This document shows positions 61,401 through 64,000 of a stretch of 64,000 bases of DNA, piece by piece. Made by a program: the position numbers and the translations under genes. This stretch comes from Azolla caroliniana (lineage: Eukaryota; Plantae; Polypodiophyta): NCBI GenBank assembly GCA_043228905.1, contig JBHGNT010000004.1:5332001-5396000 (forward strand), in the 5' to 3' direction. The notes below the pieces were generated by a model. That model did no database searches. It had not been told where the DNA came from and saw only the letters and a list, made by a program, of their open reading frames with translations. How positions within the stretch are numbered: the first letter of the stretch is position 1; each line of letters begins with the position of its first letter.

Positions 61401-62117
61401 GTACCTTCATTTCCCATCCGAACACAGCCATGCTCACCGGCTGTGTAGGATGAGAAGTATTTCTTCTCCGGGGTCAGATGGAACGATGCTCCGGAATCGA
61501 CCACCCAGGTCATCTCCTCACCGGCAAGGTTCAGCTCCGTCTCTTCGGTAATGAGCATTATCTCTTCTTCACTTGCCGCGAGTGCTGTCGTTCCTTTCCG
61601 GTCCTGCCCTCGCCGATCCGGACATCTCCGGTCCGTGGCTCCCCGGTATGCACCGTTTCTCTCCGGTGACTTCTTCGAATCGGTGTCGTCGGCTCCGTTG
61701 TCCTTTCGGTAATGCCGACAATTCTTCCGGAAGTGCCCCGGCTTCCCACAGTGGAAGCATGTGGGTCTTCCTCTTGACTGCGACCGGGTCCCCGACTTCT
61801 CCCGTCTTTGCGGACTCCGGTTCCATTGTCTTCCCCGTTCTGATTCGGTAAGCAGCGCCTTCGAGTCGGAGGCCGGTTCTTTATCTCTCCGACGCGCTTC
61901 TTCATTTAGAATACTTGTCTTTACCGTTTGTAGAGACAAGTTATCTTCGGTGCAGGAGGTGCTGAGAGTCACCACCAAGTTCTCCCAGCTTTCCGGCAAT
62001 GTACACATCAGAATGATGGCTTGCATTGCATCCTCCAACGGGAACTTGATCGCCGCAAGCTGGTTCACGAATCCCATGAACGTGCTCACATGTTCCACCA
62101 TATTCTCGCCGTCCCGG
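58401..62117 (-). pseudogene. Copia gag-pol, nearly intact (one premature TAG at ~60920, one small deletion frameshift at ~58915)
   Basis: CFHCGKPGHFRKNC; WVVDSGASFH; ADNGGEY; QMDVKTAFLHG; LLYVDDML; GFTDSDM. Confidence 0.93.
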
Positions 62118-64000
62118 TGTCGTGAAGAAAACCGTCCATAGGCGGAATCGGCGCACCAAGGCGTGGGAACCGGTTCTTCACGCGCGCGCGCTCCAAGTCG
62201 TACATAGAAGTTAATTGGGAGGATAATCGGCAGGAACGGGCCCTAACTCGAGTGGAGACAAAGACCGCGCGAACAGTCTTTTCGGTCGCGCGCGCGAACT
62301 GTACGAGTCGGCGGCGTGACTACGCGGATGCGTGAAAAACGGAGCGGATCCCTGTCCAAAAGGGACAGGGAATAAAGCTGACATGACGGCCTGCTCGTCG
62401 GGCTATAAAAAGAGGAGGAAAGAGCTGTTGCAGGGATCTCGCGCGGAGAGGAGGAAGTGCTGTCGGACCGTTTCTGGACGCTTCTCTCTCTGTTTTCCTT
62501 CCTTCTCGAGCTCCATAGTTTCTGTGCAGGGTTCCGAGGAGACTCGCGCTGTTTCGAGGAACGCCCGAGTGCTTCCGGCAGCCCCTTTGAGCGTCGAAGT
62601 GAACAGGCATCGGCATCTGTTCGCCGGCCTGTTCGGTTGTAACCAACCTGTGCCCCATCGAGGGTTGTAGTCGTGTTAGCCATTGTGTTAATATACATAT
62701 TTAGTCATTAGCATCTGTCTGTGTCGGTGTCTGTTTGCGTTCTCCGTGCTGAAGGGCCGTGTCCCTGTGCATCCCCGGTCCTGCGTAGCCGGTTCTCTCT
62801 CTTTCTCCTCCCTCGCTTGCTCTTTGGTTCGAGACCCCCGCGGTCCCGCCTCGATTCCTTACGCACTTGCGTAATATCTCGACATCTTTGGTGAACCCGA
62901 CGTGAAAGAGGCGGCAGAAGAGCAGAAGATGAGGGGGTCGGATCTTGCAGAGGCCATGGCTTCGGCCGTGGATCGGATTGTAAACGCGCGCGAGGGCACC
63001 GGTGCCCTCGACAGAGCTATTGAGGCGGTCGTTGGCACGATCGGCCGGTTCGATGGGAAGGATGCCACGAAGTATTTGGCGTCCTACGGTGCAGAGATGC
63101 TGATGCGGGACATTCCGGAAGAAAGGCGTCTTGCCGGATTTCCCCGAGTGGCGATGCCGAGCATCCATGCGGAGGTGCTCGAGGTGCGGACGGAGAGCCG
63201 TACCTGGGAGGAGTTCGAAGGTCGGCTCCTAGAGAAATACGGGCTGGACGACGCGCTCCGGCTTTCGAAGCGAAGGTTCATGGAATGGGTGGAGTCCCCG
63301 GGGAAGGGAAGAAACGCGTCGGCGCTCCTCCGGGAGTTCGAGGAAAACTTTGCGCGCCTTTCGGCGCTCGACCGAACCATCCTGGACACGAGCCGGGTCT
63401 TGCTGTTTGTCAAGTCGGTCGACGAGCGGGATCGGGAGCAAGTGGGCCTCTTGCTGGAAACCGAAGACGGGCTCACTACCGACTGGGCGGCTGTCAGGAA
63501 GGTCTGTGGCCGTTTCGACAAACGGCGAGAATGGGCGGATAACGGGGCGACTGGGTCGGGCTCGGTCGCAGCAAGGAAGCTCGAACCAGCGCCACAGGTG
63601 CGCAAGGAAGAGACCCGGGAGTGGTTGGAAACCGGTTCGGCTTCGACCGGCGTAGTCAGAGGCTCAACCGGGGGAGCGGCGCTGGAGGAATTGACGAAGG
63701 CAATAAAGGACCTCCAAATCGCGCAGGCCCGAAGGGAAGGAGGCGAACCGGCTCGTGACCGACGGCCGGCGGCAGGAAACAGGTGCATGTGGTGCGATGA
63801 AGTCGGCCACATTCGGAAGGACTGCAGCGACTTCGCGGAGGCGCTGAGGGACAGGGTGGTGTACCTGTGGGAAGGACGGGTGCATGCCAGCGACACCCGA
63901 AGGGCCCTGAGCCGAAACGACGGAAGAGGTGGTATGAAAAGGGTGATGGAAGAGGCGGCGGCCCGACACGCGGAAACCGTCCACTACTCGGCGTCGGCCG
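62118..64000 (+). mobile_element. Ty3/gypsy element with tRNA-Trp PBS (5' LTR 62118-62884, PBS 62889-62906); continues beyond window
   Basis: TGTCG..CGACA LTR; TATA-like CTATAAAA near 62403; PBS TGGTGAACCCGACGTGAA. Confidence 0.92.
62929..64000 (+). CDS. Gag polyprotein (open to window end)
   Basis: Manual translation MRGSDLAEAMASAVDRIV..GRFDGKDATKYLASY..TWEEFEGRLLEKY..CMWCDEVGHIRKDC with no stop seen; missing from the ORF track because it is unterminated. Confidence 0.9.
   Translation, partial: MRGSDLAEAMASAVDRIVNAREGTGALDRAIEAVVGTIGRFDGKDATKYLASYGAEMLMRDIPEERRLAGFPRVAMPSIHAEVLEVRTESRTWEEFEGRLLEKYGLDDALRLSKRRFMEWVESPGKGRNASALLREFEENFARLSALDRTILDTSRVLLFVKSVDERDREQVGLLLETEDGLTTDWAAVRKVCGRFDKRREWADNGATGSGSVAARKLEPAPQVRKEETREWLETGSASTGVVRGSTGGAALEELTKAIKDLQIAQARREGGEPARDRRPAAGNRCMWCDEVGHIRKDCSDFAEALRDRVVYLWEGRVHASDTRRALSRNDGRGGMKRVMEEAAARHAETVHYSASA

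Larger units (their letters stand above)
57723..62117 (-). mobile_element. Young Tnt1/Tork-like copia (3' LTR 57723-58390), gag interrupted at 62117
   Basis: LTR TGTTG..CAACA; PPT 58393-58403; long ORFs 60920-62101, 58808-60838 and 58401-59012. Confidence 0.95.

Noticed and set aside
63084-63896. 270-aa minus-strand ORF
   Set aside because: Antisense shadow of the GC-rich gag on the + strand

Overview
Plant nuclear heterochromatin-type sequence, judged from TTTAGGG-type telomere repeats and plant tRNA-matched primer-binding sites. The retroelement lineages suggest a non-seed plant (fern, lycophyte or bryophyte), but that is inference. No host protein-coding gene was recognised. The window is almost entirely a stack of nested, mostly degenerate LTR retrotransposons. 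These include several Ty1/copia families with tRNA-Met(i) PBS, and an Athila/Tat-related Ty3/gypsy family with a tRNA-Arg-like PBS and an extra 3' ORF. There is also a gypsy family with a tRNA-Trp PBS and 4-bp TSD, a chromovirus-type RT fragment, and three solo LTRs. Many boundaries were resolved by eye from TG..CA ends and target-site duplications, and nesting reaches four levels. The most unusual items are: (1) a decayed DxxH-type, P-element-like DNA transposase (5100-6210) next to a 662-bp CATAG-ended MITE with a perfect 8-bp TSD; (2) a pol-less gypsy derivative (16254-20928) with gag fused in frame to the accessory coiled-coil ORF, its normal PBS deleted, and an inverted tRNA-Arg PBS where the PPT should be; (3) telomere repeats filling a deletion junction inside a copia gag; (4) a copia clade with duplicated PPT motifs and a charged tail beyond RNase H.
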